Below, piece by piece: positions 1 to 11,652 of a stretch of 64,000 nt of DNA (its first letter is position 1; each line of letters begins with the position of its first letter). Under the pieces are notes generated by a model. The model ran no database searches. It was given only the letters and a program-made list of their open reading frames with translations, and was not told the DNA's origin. The DNA lies in assembly GCA_054600435.1 (NCBI GenBank), contig BAAIJX010000015.1, forward strand, positions 186,001 through 250,000. Direction: 5' to 3'. Position numbers and translations under genes: made by a program. Source of the DNA: Neophaeotheca triangularis (lineage: Eukaryota).

Positions 1-3000
1 ACAAAGCCTTCGGCCGTCTTTGGCTTCAGCACAAGAGGCAAGGAGACGGTGTAGCTGGGACGCGCAGGAGTCTCGTCCATGACCGCTTTCGTAGAGCTCG
101 TAACAGCGAGGGCAGGGTCCTGATTCTTAGGCGGGGTTCTGGGAGGCGATGGAGGCGCTTCTGCCTGAACGGTAGCACGGCCGAAGAGTCCGTTAAACCG
201 CTTCTGCCATTCTGCGTTCTGGGCGATGGGACCGGACAAGCCCATTGGACGGTTGACAACAACGTGGCGTTGGGGTGGCAGTGCCGGGTTGTACTGCTGG
301 GTGGGCGCTACAACGGCCGAATTCTCGGGCGCAGGCGGAAGCTTGACCGTAGGCTTCTGAGGAGGAAGCTTGACGTTGATGCGTCCGCCCTCGGTGCTAT
401 TGACTGGGTGGCTGGACGTCTCTGGAGGCGGTGGCGAGGTCGCTCTAGCTTGAATAGGAGCAGCTGGTGCCGCACTATACCCCAGACTACCTTGCACCTT
501 CGGTTGTTGGCGACCAAATCCGGGAGGCGCGATAGGTGCTTGAGGCTGTACCGCCACTCCACCGTGTGCTGGATTTTGCGAGGGGTCAGGCATGCGTACT
601 GTGTTGCTGAGTTCACCAGTGGGCTTGACGTTGACTGGAGACGCAGTCGTGGACGTGAATGGTCCGGGCGGCTGTGTTTCAGAGACGGGCGCTGCGGGTG
701 GGTCTGGGCTGAATGAGTCGACCTTGCGCGAGCCATGCTCGTCGTGAACTGAGTATTCGACTTTCTCAGTCCTCCTAGGACCACCAAGTCTGGTCGGTGG
801 CTTTGTCTGCTTGAATGTTGTGCGGATGACGTCCGGTGGACCAGGAGACTCGGCTCTTTGCGCGCGTGACGCGCGAGCTGCATCTTCGAGCTCTTGAGGC
901 AGTCTGGTGGCGGCACTGTTCCAAGCAGACACTGGATCGGGCCTCTGCACTGGTGGCTGTGTGCGCGATGGTGGAGCAATCGGTCCCGGCACATGCGCTT
1001 GACGTCCCATCCCGGGACCAGGTGAGATACCGCTGACCCTAGCATGGCTGTTGAAAACATCGGGCTGGGAATCGATGCTGGGTGGGCCAAAAGGACGAGG
1101 CTCAGGCTGCGAGTGCTGCAGCGGTGAAAGCGATTGTTGAGCATATACAGAGTTAGAGATCCGTGTCGCCTGTGGCGGGCGAACTCCAATAGGCGGTGGC
1201 AGAGAGGCGCCCTGTGGGACGTAGTTGGTGGTGGTGCCGAAGGTACCATTGCCAATACCAGATGAGCCCCAGACGTTGCTGCTGCGCGACGGCCAAGGCG
1301 ATAGAGGTGCGTCGTTGCTCCCCAGAGTCGGACGGCCAAGGGGTTGAGACTTCCGTTCGGATGCAGGGCCAGGAGATGAGATGGCCGACACGGGCTGTTT
1401 GTATGGCGAAGATTGTTGCTGAAGACCAGAACGCGGAACTGCCTCACCAAGCGATGACTGGCGTTGCACCTCATCGGCAGAAGGCGCCTTGCGCGAAAGA
1501 AGGTTTGATTCCTGGGGCTTGGACGGTATAGGTGACGGCAGCGCAACATCGTCTGGAACTGGCTGCTTCAGATCCGATGCTGGCCTGGTAGTTTCGACTG
1601 TAGTCGACACTGGTGCCTGAGCCTGTAGAGGCTGAGCGACTTCTGCTGAGCCCTCTTGCGTCAAGCTCGGCTCCGGATATTGCTCATTCGTAGTGGACGT
1701 TTTGGCTGCTTCAGCCTCGGCTTGTCGCTCAGCCCTGGATTTACCAGCATTTGCGAGAGCTGCCATCTTGGCCTCGATTCTCTTCTTCCTTTCAGCGGCT
1801 TCTTTCTCCTCGTCTTCCTGTCTCCTCTTCCTAGCCGCCGTAGTCTTTTCCTTCATGAGGCGTTGCTGCTTCTCGTATGGATCTTCCTCGGGCTCAGTCT
1901 CCTGGGGTGGTGGTGGCGGCATTTGCTGCTGCCAAGCGCTTTGCTGGGGGAATTTGGGATTGGGTGCCTCCGTAGCGTGTGGAGAGCGTAGATCTTGTGT
2001 CCCGGTACTAGCTTCACCGGCAGGCATCTCTGGGCCTCTGGTGGTTGACATGCGACGTCCCGGTGGCATGCTCCCATGACTGACGCTGGAGCCGCGGCGG
2101 CGATTAAAACCCCCCTCGTGCTGGCTTTCCCTGCGGGTTTGAAACATGGCTGATGGCTCGGCCGGCGACATAGCACTTTGAGAACCGCGCTCGCTCCTCT
2201 GCATGATGGATGGCTTGCGGAAGTTTGTATCGGGGCGCATCGAGCTTCGACGGCCCTCAGGCGCCGGCTCGTAGCGGCCGTTGCTCGAATTAAAAAGCTC
2301 GCGTTGACCACTTTCACCGCCGCCACCCCATCGGTCAAAGGTATCTGCCGCCATCTCGCGCGCAGGTAGTGGAGCAGACGACTCGTAAGCGCGAGCATCC
2401 TGTCTTGCGAATGGTGTCTGCGCTTTTGGCGCCTGCTGCACGGGAGGCATGATTGGAGATGCTTTATCAACAGGAGGAAGAGCTGCCCAGGGCGATTTAG
2501 CCGGGGTTGGAGCCGGGCTCTTGGCCTTGAGCGACGGCTTCTCTGCGTTGGGCGTGGTTGCAGGGCTAGTGTTCAGCTTCGCTGCTGCAGCACCTGGCTT
2601 GAGGATGGTCTTCGGCGGCCCGGTAGGCTCAGCAGGTCTGGTGTTGACCGGAGTTGGTTTGCTCTCCTCCTCCGTAGACTTTGCAGCCGGCGCGTCCGGC
2701 TTCGCTACCTCTTTGGCGGGGGGAGCCGCTTCCTCGGCTGGTGCCAGGGTCGATTTGGTACCATCCATCCAAACCACAGTCTCCGGGGCCCAATCCTCTT
2801 CGTCATCATCAATGTCGGCCCACTTGGACTCTTTGCCGCTCTCATCAGACTGGAGGCGAGTGGCCAAATGAATTCCATACTGCTGCTTAAGCTCCTCATC
2901 AGTAAACTGCTTCGGCGGAGGGGGAGCGACAGGTCTATTCTTGTTCCACACCGTGCTTGCGTCGGGGCCTGGCGAAGGCTGGTTGCTTTGACGAGCCTTT

Positions 3001-3911
3001 TGCGCGTTGGCGATGGCGGCGCCCGATTTTGCAACAAGGCGCGGCTTGGGGGCAAGAGTGGCTATCGGGCCTGCTGGGCTTGCTGCTGGTACATGTGAGC
3101 TGGGTTCGTCCCTTGATGTGATACGCTTCCTCAGCAAGAGCATACCTTTCTCTCCAGCCTTGGCCACAGTAGGCGTAGCAGCAGACTTGGCCAAGAAATT
3201 CTTCGTGACTGAAACTTTGCTGAATGAAGTGGGCTTCTTAACCGAGTTGGTCCTAACATGACGATTCGCATCCTTCACCTCTGAAGCATCCCCTTTGCTG
3301 TTCTCTGTATCTGAATAAACGCTCGGATCCACTGATCCGGAGCGAATAATGCCATCATCGAGCCCAACATCAGCCTGTCCACCATTCCCAATCTCATTTT
3401 GGCCGACGCTGTTCTTTCCCAAACTAGCTGCCTGAATAGGTGCAAGAGAAGGGACTCCACCGGTGGATTGAGAAGCAGTTTCACCAGCACTTGGCTCCAC
3501 TGCCCTGCCCGCCGGCTGGTCGCTCGGTGTGACGGTGACTGGGTTGGCTTCGCTGGCGCTGTTCGAGATGACGTTGTCTTTGTTTCCGGAAATGAATGAA
3601 TCGGTGCCGTTGGCGGCGGGAGTAGTAATTGGGTTGTTCGCAGAAACGTCGACAGGCAGCGCGCCGCCGGCCGACTGGGGAAGATCTACCACATTGTGGC
3701 CGTGCTGCTCTGCCATAACAGTGTCCGAGTCTGGAGCAAGTGAAGAAAGCGTGTTAGCAAATGTGCGAAGGATGGTGTCTGGGAGAGTCTCAAAAGGGGC
3801 GGATTGAGGTGAGGTGTCGCGTCTCACGGAGAACGACTGGGAGCCTTGCGGCGCCGAGTCTGTATACTCACGTGAAAGCTTGGCTTTTTTGGTCGGCGAG
3901 GGAGAGTCCAT
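1..3911 (-). CDS. Large low-complexity conserved fungal protein, PRRC2/BAT2-like (3' end runs off the window)
   Basis: ATG at 3911 (MDSPSPTKKAKLS). Intron 3871-3731 (GTGAGT..GCTAAC..CAG) and intron 3145-3086 (GTATGC..CAG). Motifs HVRTNSVKKPTSFSKVSVTKNFL, KQFTDEELKQQYGIHLATRL, SKWADIDDDEEDWAPETVVWMDGTK and a charged coiled coil ARKRRQEDEEKEAAERKKRIEAKMAAL. The frame appears to continue past position 1, which explains its absence from the ORF track. Confidence 0.75.
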   Translation of the reverse strand, partial: MDSPSPTKKAKLSREYTDSAPQGSQSFSVRRDTSPQSAPFETLPDTILRTFANTLSSLAPDSDTVMAEQHGHNVVDLPQSAGGALPVDVSANNPITTPAANGTDSFISGNKDNVISNSASEANPVTVTPSDQPAGRAVEPSAGETASQSTGGVPSLAPIQAASLGKNSVGQNEIGNGGQADVGLDDGIIRSGSVDPSVYSDTENSKGDASEVKDANRHVRTNSVKKPTSFSKVSVTKNFLAKSAATPTVAKAGEKGMLLLRKRITSRDEPSSHVPAASPAGPIATLAPKPRLVAKSGAAIANAQKARQSNQPSPGPDASTVWNKNRPVAPPPPKQFTDEELKQQYGIHLATRLQSDESGKESKWADIDDDEEDWAPETVVWMDGTKSTLAPAEEAAPPAKEVAKPDAPAAKSTEEESKPTPVNTRPAEPTGPPKTILKPGAAAAKLNTSPATTPNAEKPSLKAKSPAPTPAKSPWAALPPVDKASPIMPPVQQAPKAQTPFARQDARAYESSAPLPAREMAADTFDRWGGGGESGQRELFNSSNGRYEPAPEGRRSSMRPDTNFRKPSIMQRSERGSQSAMSPAEPSAMFQTRRESQHEGGFNRRRGSSVSHGSMPPGRRMSTTRGPEMPAGEASTGTQDLRSPHATEAPNPKFPQQSAWQQQMPPPPPQETEPEEDPYEKQQRLMKEKTTAARKRRQEDEEKEAAERKKRIEAKMAALANAGKSRAERQAEAEAAKTSTTNEQYPEPSLTQEGSAEVAQPLQAQAPVSTTVETTRPASDLKQPVPDDVALPSPIPSKPQESNLLSRKAPSADEVQRQSSLGEAVPRSGLQQQSSPYKQPVSAISSPGPASERKSQPLGRPTLGSNDAPLSPWPSRSSNVWGSSGIGNGTFGTTTNYVPQGASLPPPIGVRPPQATRISNSVYAQQSLSPLQHSQPEPRPFGPPSIDSQPDVFNSHARVSGISPGPGMGRQAHVPGPIAPPSRTQPPVQRPDPVSAWNSAATRLPQELEDAARASRAQRAESPGPPDVIRTTFKQTKPPTRLGGPRRTEKVEYSVHDEHGSRKVDSFSPDPPAAPVSETQPPGPFTSTTASPVNVKPTGELSNTVRMPDPSQNPAHGGVAVQPQAPIAPPGFGRQQPKVQGSLGYSAAPAAPIQARATSPPPPETSSHPVNSTEGGRINVKLPPQKPTVKLPPAPENSAVVAPTQQYNPALPPQRHVVVNRPMGLSGPIAQNAEWQKRFNGLFGRATVQAEAPPSPPRTPPKNQDPALAVTSSTKAVMDETPARPSYTVSLPLVLKPKTAEGF

Positions 3912-4622
3912 CGTTGAAGATGGCGAGCGTTGTGTTGGATGCGTTGAAGCTGTACGTCGTAAGCGAAGGGTAGGAAGGAGTACCTAAGTCAGTTCTTCTG
4001 GCCTGCCACGGTGCTCAGTTGGCTCGAAGCGCTTCGGCGATTAGGCTACGGCCTAAGCCTCGGAGAGGTCGCTCGCGGTAGGGAAGCTGAGGAAGTTCGG
4101 TGTCGCTACCCGTTTGGTGCGGTCGGGAGCTCGCTAGTACGAGTGCGCGCGCGCTTTGGTGGTGTGGAGGGAGGAATGTGGTGGTGGGAGAGGTTCGTTT
4201 GTCGAGAGTCGTCGTGAGAGATGGAGCATGTGAGGTTGTCATCAATCAAATGGAGCTTGACGAGACGGGACGCCCGCTCCCGAGTCCGGCCAAACCGCGG
4301 CTCAGCCGGCCAATCAAACGCGGAGCCTACCTAAATCCACGCCCCAGCCACCCCAGCATCCCTGAGTCACCACTTCCTGGTGCTCTGGCCATGAAGTGAA
4401 GCAGTACGGGCTATATAAATACGGTCACAGTGAAGCAGCCGCTTCTCTACTAGACATCTAACCATTCATTTAATTTCTGCTATCAACAAGTGTAGAGCGC
4501 GCCTACACAACAACTCCGAGCCATCCAGTCGCCACACAACCCCTGACAACGCCCAGCCACGCTACCTTCATGAGATGCATCGCATTCGCCTCCAGCTGCC
4601 AACCAGCGTCATAAGTTTCTTT

Positions 4623-6764
4623 CTAAGACCACACATCTTCCTGATATTGGTTGCTCGCCCTCATACTCTTGACTACGTCCTCGCCCTTTTGCTTCGACAC
4701 CCCGCGGTGATCGCTGATGATCTGGCCCAGAATGTCATTGACCTCGCGAGCCATGTTCGCAGCATCACCGCAAACATAGAAGTATGCCTTTTGCTCGAGC
4801 AGCTCGTTGATCTGGGCGGCGCGCTCGCGCATGCGGTGCTGAACGTAAACTTTTTCCGGGCCGTCGCGGGAAAATGCCGTGACAATCTCGAAGCTGTCGC
4901 CCATGTCGGCTTTCCATTGCTGTTACGTGTTAGTACAGATTCGCCAGTGCCCGGTTGGAAGATTAAGTTGACTTACCTCCCACTCATCCGCGTAAATGAA
5001 ATCTTCAGACGCCTTCCTACAACCAAAGAATAGCATGGTTTTGCCGATCTTCTCGCCGTTCCTTGCTTGCTGTGCGCGCTCCTGCACAAAACCCCTGAAT
5101 GGCGCAACACCAGTTCCAGGGCCAACCATAATGATAGGCTTCGAGGGGTCTGAAGGCAGTTTGAAGTTAGAGTGTCGGACGTGTACCGGCACATGTATCC
5201 CATCATACTTGTTCCTAGGACCCGTGATGTTGTAGTTCAAACCATGGGGGTCAGGTGATGGATCGCCGTGCTGCTTCTGCTTGAGTGCGAGCAAGTAGTT
5301 GGTGGTAACACCCTTGACAACGTGGGGAGCCCCGGGCACTTCGACGGATTCCACCACCGCGGTGATGGAGATCTTGTTCTTTTGTGTAAGGGATGAGGAC
5401 GAGATTGAGTAATAGCGAGGCTGAATCTTGTGGAGGCCCTCAATAAAGATGGAGAAAGGGATCTTGTCCCACTTCGCCCCTTTACCCATGGCTTCAAGCA
5501 GCTGCGCAATATTGTATTTTTGAGATGCAACAGTTTTGGAAAAGTATTCCTTGTCGCCGCCAGCCTTTGCCATTTCAGCCTTGACGCTTTCGTTCGGCGC
5601 GAACTGAGCGAGGGAGGAAACAAATTGACGAGAAACAGGCGCGCAGATTTCCATGTGATACCGAACCACAGCGTCGTAAGTGGTTGGCGAGGGGAAGGGT
5701 ACTTTGGCAGTTGCGTCGAGCCCTTTGACAGCGATAACCGCGTTGCGCTTCTGGGTTAGATCAAGAACGTCGAGGAATCTCTCGACCTCTTTACCGGCAT
5801 TCGTAGGCCAGACGGCGATGTGATCGCCAGTGGTGTAAGAAAGGTTGGACCCGGAGATGTCGACCTCCATGTGCAAGCAGTTCCTGTCATGAACGTTGAA
5901 GATCTCTCGGGATTCGGCAATGGGCGCAATGTACGGGTTGTGTGCGTTGAACGGTCCCTTGGAGTGGCCCTCGAGATGGTTCTTGTTAGGCTCTCCAAGG
6001 TACACAGTGTCATCGTCGGCATCCAAGTCAGGCTTCTCGGTGACCTCGAAAACTGGCTCGTAAACGGCCTCACGCTCCTCAAGTTGCATGGCATCCGTGA
6101 GAGCAGACCACATAGGCTCTTTCCAGGCCAGGAAGTCCTCCTCCATCGTCCCAGCGCCATCATCGCCCTCACCGGCCTCACCCACCCTAGACGCACCGAG
6201 CTTATCAAGAGATTTGGTCACGTTACGGACCATGGAGTTGTAGTGCTCGTACGTGTTGTTTCCCAACCCGAAAGCAACATACTTCAACGAGCCAAGCGGG
6301 TTCTCATCCGCACTCTTCTCGCTGAATGCAATGTCTTCTGAGCTGACAAACTCATAGAACTCCACGGCGTTGTCGGTAGGCTCGCCCTCGCCATAGGTTG
6401 CAAGCACGAACATAGCAATCTTGTCCTCTGGGAATTGGTCCAGGTTTTCATAGTCGTACTCTTCCAGGTCGGCCGTCATAGTTTTCAGCCCGAACCTCGA
6501 CGAGCCCTCCTTTGCTAAACGAGAAGCATAATCCTCAGCGGTACCCGTTTGCGAGCCGTAGAAGACGACGCAGTTCTTGCCGCTCTCGTCCATCTTTTCG
6601 AGGATATTCCTGCTCTTTCCTGCCTTTGCGGCATGGCCGTTTGCGAGAGAGGAGGCGTAGGGATCTTGCTGCACAGCCCAGTAGGTGCCTTTGGTGAAGT
6701 ATGCAATCGTGCCTACCAGCAGTGCCGCTAGGACGATGATGTCCAGAGTATCCAGTTGAGCCAT
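4623..6764 (-). CDS. cprA: NADPH-cytochrome P450 reductase
   Basis: N-terminal membrane anchor, FMN motifs YGSQTGTAEDYA and ATYGEGEPTDNA, FAD motif PRYYSISSS, NADPH motif GPGTGVAPFRGF, C-terminus YQEDVWS. One intron 4976-4920 (GTAAGT..CAG) joins the two track ORFs in frame. Confidence 0.97.
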
Positions 6765-7366
6765 GGCGTCAATGCCTTGGGAAGAGGGTCCAGGATAGGC
6801 AAGTTGTCAAGGGCCAGAAACGGTCGTTAATGAGTCGTTTCTTGCGAAAGCGGTGCTTGAGGCGTCCAGTCGGCCGTCCCGAATCTTCTTAACCGTACGA
6901 TGAGCCGAATGTGCGTCCAGTGGCCCCTGGTTGTCGAGTATGGGTGGGATGATAGGCTATCGACGTGGAAGGTGGTGGACGTGTATGATGCTGCTAATGT
7001 GGTGGGCGGAAGGGAGGGCGTAGGAGAAGGTAAGACAGTTGTTCATTAAAAAGTTGGGCAGATGAGTATTATTATTAGTCGCAGATGGACGACAAGCTTA
7101 AGTTACTAGTAGTAGGTAGTTACCTTGGACCTATTACGAGTAGACATGCACAAAGTCAGTCCACTCTATGCGGCCTTGACTTGTGGCGGGGTCCGAGTCG
7201 GAGTAAAGTTAAGGTATCGGCTCAAGTCGTCGGCTTGCTATGAACGCCCTACATGTACATAATAAGCTTCTCTACAGAAGAATCATTATTATTAACTACA
7301 GTACGACCTCGTAAGGTAGTCAGCACTACTAGTACCTTACCAAACGTTGCAACTTCTTAACGTTAG

Positions 7367-7387
7367 TTATTATTATTATTATTATTA
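7367..7387. repeat. (TTA)7 microsatellite
   Basis: Read directly. Confidence 0.9.
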
Positions 7388-7820
7388 CTTACCTTAGAAT
7401 AGGTTCCAGGTTCCTGCTGAAGTGAGACGTGGACGTGCTTTACAGTGGGCTGGGCTGACTTGGCTGACTTTCTCCCGTCAGCTCGCCGGGCGGACCGTGA
7501 AAGTCATCGGGTGGCCGCCCAACAAGATCTAATCAAATCTTAAGTAAAATGATCTCGCTGAGTTAGTACATCCGTAGGTACAGTATGTACCTCGTTCAAA
7601 CGAAACAAAGGCACCTACTACCACTCTCTCCTACTAGGTAGCTACAGTATTGGCATTGTTGAGCCTGAGTTCAATAGCTACCGTCGGGATAACAAAGTAC
7701 TCGAGTTCAAAACGTTGACTACAAGCGTCCCCGCCAGATCCAACTCCCTCTTTCAATCCTCAGATTCGCAATGATTGCGTAGAATGCTTCCCAAGAGGTA
7801 AGACAGACATTACGTTGACC

Positions 7821-7871
7821 GTGAGGCTGAGACAGCTTGTTGAGTGAGGCTGAGACAGCTTGTTGAGTGAG
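7821..7871. repeat. Perfect 23-bp tandem duplication
   Basis: GTGAGGCTGAGACAGCTTGTTGA at 7821-7843 and 7844-7866, followed by a partial GTGAG. Confidence 0.9.
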
Positions 7872-8093
7872 AGAGTCAATGTCGTCTCACTCATTCAACG
7901 TGATGAACAGCTTCTGCCCCCAGAACCATCTTCAACATGCGTGGATTGATAGCTTTGTAACATCGTAATAGTCAACATAGGTAAGCGTCCATTGTGTAGC
8001 AACAAGCAATCTACTCCAAGTAACTAAAAGGCAAATGAGGTATCAAAAATCTCAAACTAACTATCTCGCTTCACCGCAGCACTCTCCCCCATC

Positions 8094-9744
8094 CTACTCC
8101 CGCTTCTCCTCAGAAGTCGCCGGAACCATATCGCCACGCTCGACACTGTTGTTGCTGTTGCTCGAGCTGTTGATATCAACCGTGTGCGATTGCTTCTGCT
8201 GCGACTGGCCGATGGGTACACCGTGACCATCCAGAGTCTCAAAGATTCCCCAGTCGCCAATCTGCTCGTCGAAGAACTGATCGATGTCCAAGCCATGCAT
8301 TTCCGCCTCCTCGCTCACACGAAGGTTCATAAAGGGGACATACTTGAGGATGAGTAGCAAGATGCAAGAAACGACGAAGCTGTACACCGAGATGGTGACA
8401 ATGTCTGCCAGTTGGTATGCGACCTGGATGCCGTTGCCGTTGATGGCTCCAGGGGCGCCTTCGTCGCCGGAGTAGGCGCTGACGGCTTCGTCGGCGAAGA
8501 TGCCCGTCAGGAAGGAACCGATCATACCGCCGACGCCGTGCAGTTTGAAGACGTATAGGCCTTCGTCGACGCGGATCCAGGTGTTCAAGTCTTGCAGGAG
8601 GGCACAGCAAACGCCGGTGATGAACCCAATGAGGGCAGCGAGCTGGATTGGGGTTAGTAGTCTATTCTCGGCCAAGGCCCATGACGGTGCGACTTACCCA
8701 GACGCTCACGTATCCAGCAGCAGGGGTGATGCCAACGAGGCCAGCAATGGCGCCCTCACAGGCGCCAACAACGCTAAACTTGCCCTTGGTTCTGATGTAG
8801 TCGACAAGCACCCAGCCAAGGACACCGCAAGAGGCGGCGGTGTTAGTGTTAAAGGCAGCGTAGACGGAGCGAAGCGACGCGTCGAGCGCAGAACCACCGT
8901 TGAAACCGTACCATCCAAACCAAATGAAAATCGTACCCAGAAAGACGAGCGTCGTGTTGTGAGGCTTTCCGTGGCTCTCCTCGCCAGTGTTCTTTCTCTT
9001 GCCGAGGATGAAAGCGTACGCGAGGGCGCTGCAACCCGAGGCTATGTGGACCGGGCCACCCCTGGACTTTATTAGTATGCAAGGACGACAAGGGAATTTT
9101 TTTTTTTTTTTGACTTACCCAGCAAAGTCCAAGGATCCCAAGGTACCGAGCCATCCATCAGGATTCCACGTCCAGCATGCGACTGGACAGTAGACGATGG
9201 TCAACCATAGAAACCCAAAGATCAAAGACGGCAAGATGCGGCCTCTCTCAAAGGAACCACCGATCAAGATCTGGAGAGTAACGGCGGCGAAGAACATCTG
9301 GTACAGGCAAAAGCCAAGCTCGGGCAAGTATGCATCAGGTGCCATACGAACGTTCATGAGGCCGAACTTCGCTAGGTCGCCGATGAAGCCGCCCTGGGCT
9401 TCTGAATAGGCAAGCGAGTATCCCCAAAAGATCCATTGGAACGTTGTAACGGATGCAACCGCCAAGGACTGGAACAACAAGCTCAAACTGCTTTTCCGTC
9501 GCGCGAGACCGCCGTAGAAAAGACCGACACCAGGGATGATCATCCAGACGAGATAGGTGCACACCAAGATGTAGGCGTAGTGTTGTTGCCGTCCAGCATA
9601 CTGGTCGTTCGCGGATTCAGGAGGGCCTCCGTTGGGCTGGTTTTCGTTGTACTCTGGGGGCTACGATCCTTCTGTCAGTTGCCAATCTCGGTCGACGAGG
9701 CATTGACGAGCGCGACTTACCGGAAGCACAGAGTCCATCTCCAT
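8094..9744 (-). CDS. Ammonium transporter (Amt/Mep family)
   Basis: Exons 9744-9721, 9660-9119, 9061-8698 and 8642-8094 with canonical GTAAGT donors. Motifs PGVGLFYGGL, DFAGGGPVHIASG, WFGWYGFNGGS, ITPAAGYV and the second conserved His in LHGVGG. Confidence 0.95.
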
Positions 9745-9767
9745 AGTGGGCTAAGCAGGTCTACTAC

Positions 9768-10836
9768 TGATAGGGAGAGTAGCAGCAAGTCTGTGAAACG
9801 AAGGGAAGTTGAGAAAGTAATTGAGGCCTGCAAATCGAAAGGGGTCCTGGTAGATAATGCGGCGCTGCAGCACTCATATATGCTCTCCCTGCCTCCCTGG
9901 CAATGCCCACGAGGCCCGTGGTGCCATCCCATCGTACTGGTTCCCCCAAACGAATCATAACCCACCCGATCTCGGTTAAGGTTGAGCTTGACTAGATAAC
10001 AGAAAAAGTCGCCAGGAAGGAAGAACATGAGCCAGTCGTTTTCCCAAAGCAGCCGGTATCGCAATTCCATTTACTTATTTGGCGAGGGGGTTCATACCAG
10101 AAGAGTCGCGATCCCGACGTAGATCGTGGGAGTGCAAAGCTTGGCCTGATAACGGATAGCAGCTTGAAGACGGGGCGTGATTCGTCAGGTGTTGTGTTGA
10201 AGCAGGGCCAGGACTCTGGAGGAGGAACTCGGGTTTGCACATGGTCTCAATTAAAATGCTAGGCGAACTTGGCCTCCACGAATGATCTTCAACGGGTTTG
10301 CATGAGTGTGTTACCACCGTGTGTAGCATGCTGAGTCGTTATCAACATGAGTACTGGGGTAGTCGCTGCAGCGAAAGGCGCAGAGCCCTATGGCTGGCGT
10401 TTGGCTGCCGAAAATGGATCAGTTGGGTGGGACTCTTGATGATAGTATTTCGTGAACCAGCCCAGCTGATTAGTCTAGTATCAGCGATAGAGGTTGTGAT
10501 TTGGCCGTGGTGTCGTATTTTGCCTTGTTCTTGAAGATATACCACCGTGTTGGAAGAAGATTGGCTTCGGAAGCAGGGGCAGATACACGGGTTGGGGTCC
10601 CCCCCATGCCTAGAGTTAGTGGTACTCGGCAGACGGCTGGGCTCGAGATAAGGAACAATCAGTGCTAATCGCAGCTCTTCTGTGCTTGATAAGGTCGGCG
10701 AAGATGATATTGTCATTGGGTAACCCTCTAACTAACCCTCTCGCTTGACGATGATAACCCAGGTCTGCATGTCTACTTTTGTTGCCATCATGACCGTTTA
10801 TGGTCGGGAACGTTCCCCAACAGGTTTTGATGATAG
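9768..10836. promoter_or_regulatory. Cluster of HGATAR (AreA/Nit2-type GATA) sites upstream of the ammonium transporter
   Basis: Sites at about 9768, 9852, 9994, 10147, 10339 (reverse), 10440, 10485, 10646, 10687, 10752 and 10831. Confidence 0.6.
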
Positions 10837-11652
10837 GCGAGCGGTCTCATCGTTGGCTGATGGCGGATCTGCCTCGATCTATACATACCCTTCTTAGACC
10901 TCGAAGGGAATCATTCAGGACGGACAAGAGTCTTGGGAGCCTCTTGACCAAGATACGGACATGTTTGCTTGTGCTGATGACCGAATACTACTGTGAGGAG
11001 AATTGGATGCCGCGAAGCGTACTGTAAGCCTGGACGTCAACTATGAGGATACCGGTGTCGGTCACAGAGTGTCCGTCTCCGCCGACATCGGAAGAACGGC
11101 GTCTGTTCAGCGCGCCACTTCGAAAGGAGATTGAGGTGATGAACGTAAGTTATATAACGTATAATATGCTAACTAACAAGCATAGGGGAGCTTCTGAGCG
11201 AACGGCAGGTATATATTATGCGCTGTATCAACACGATCCCGTCGCCGAGATGACCCTTTGGAATCGTCTCCCCTACCTACCGCAAGCGACATGGAGCGAT
11301 CAAACACGTCCAGAGGGTACCTATGGGTGGACGAGTGACTTGGATTACACAACTCTAAGTCATGCAATTGCTCAAAGCCTCCTGTAATGACACTCCGCGA
11401 TGGTAGCCAACCCTTCACCAAATTAAGCATACCCGAGTACTTCCTACTCCCCGGCCGGCTGCCCATGCCAACACAAGCTGACCTACCATTGAATGCTGGG
11501 CGCAAGTCGGGTCGTGCCTAATTCACATGAAAGTATCAGCAAAACATGAGAAATGATACGCCCTAGGCATAGCACATATTGAAGTCGCGAGACGCGGACT
11601 ATCACCCGGCACCCCCAACGCCATGTATATACACAACAACCCCAAAAACCAT

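Noticed and set aside
308..1549. 413-aa track ORF and the other overlapping ORFs in 1-4400
   Set aside because: Alternative-frame or antisense shadows of the GC-rich PRRC2-like CDS.
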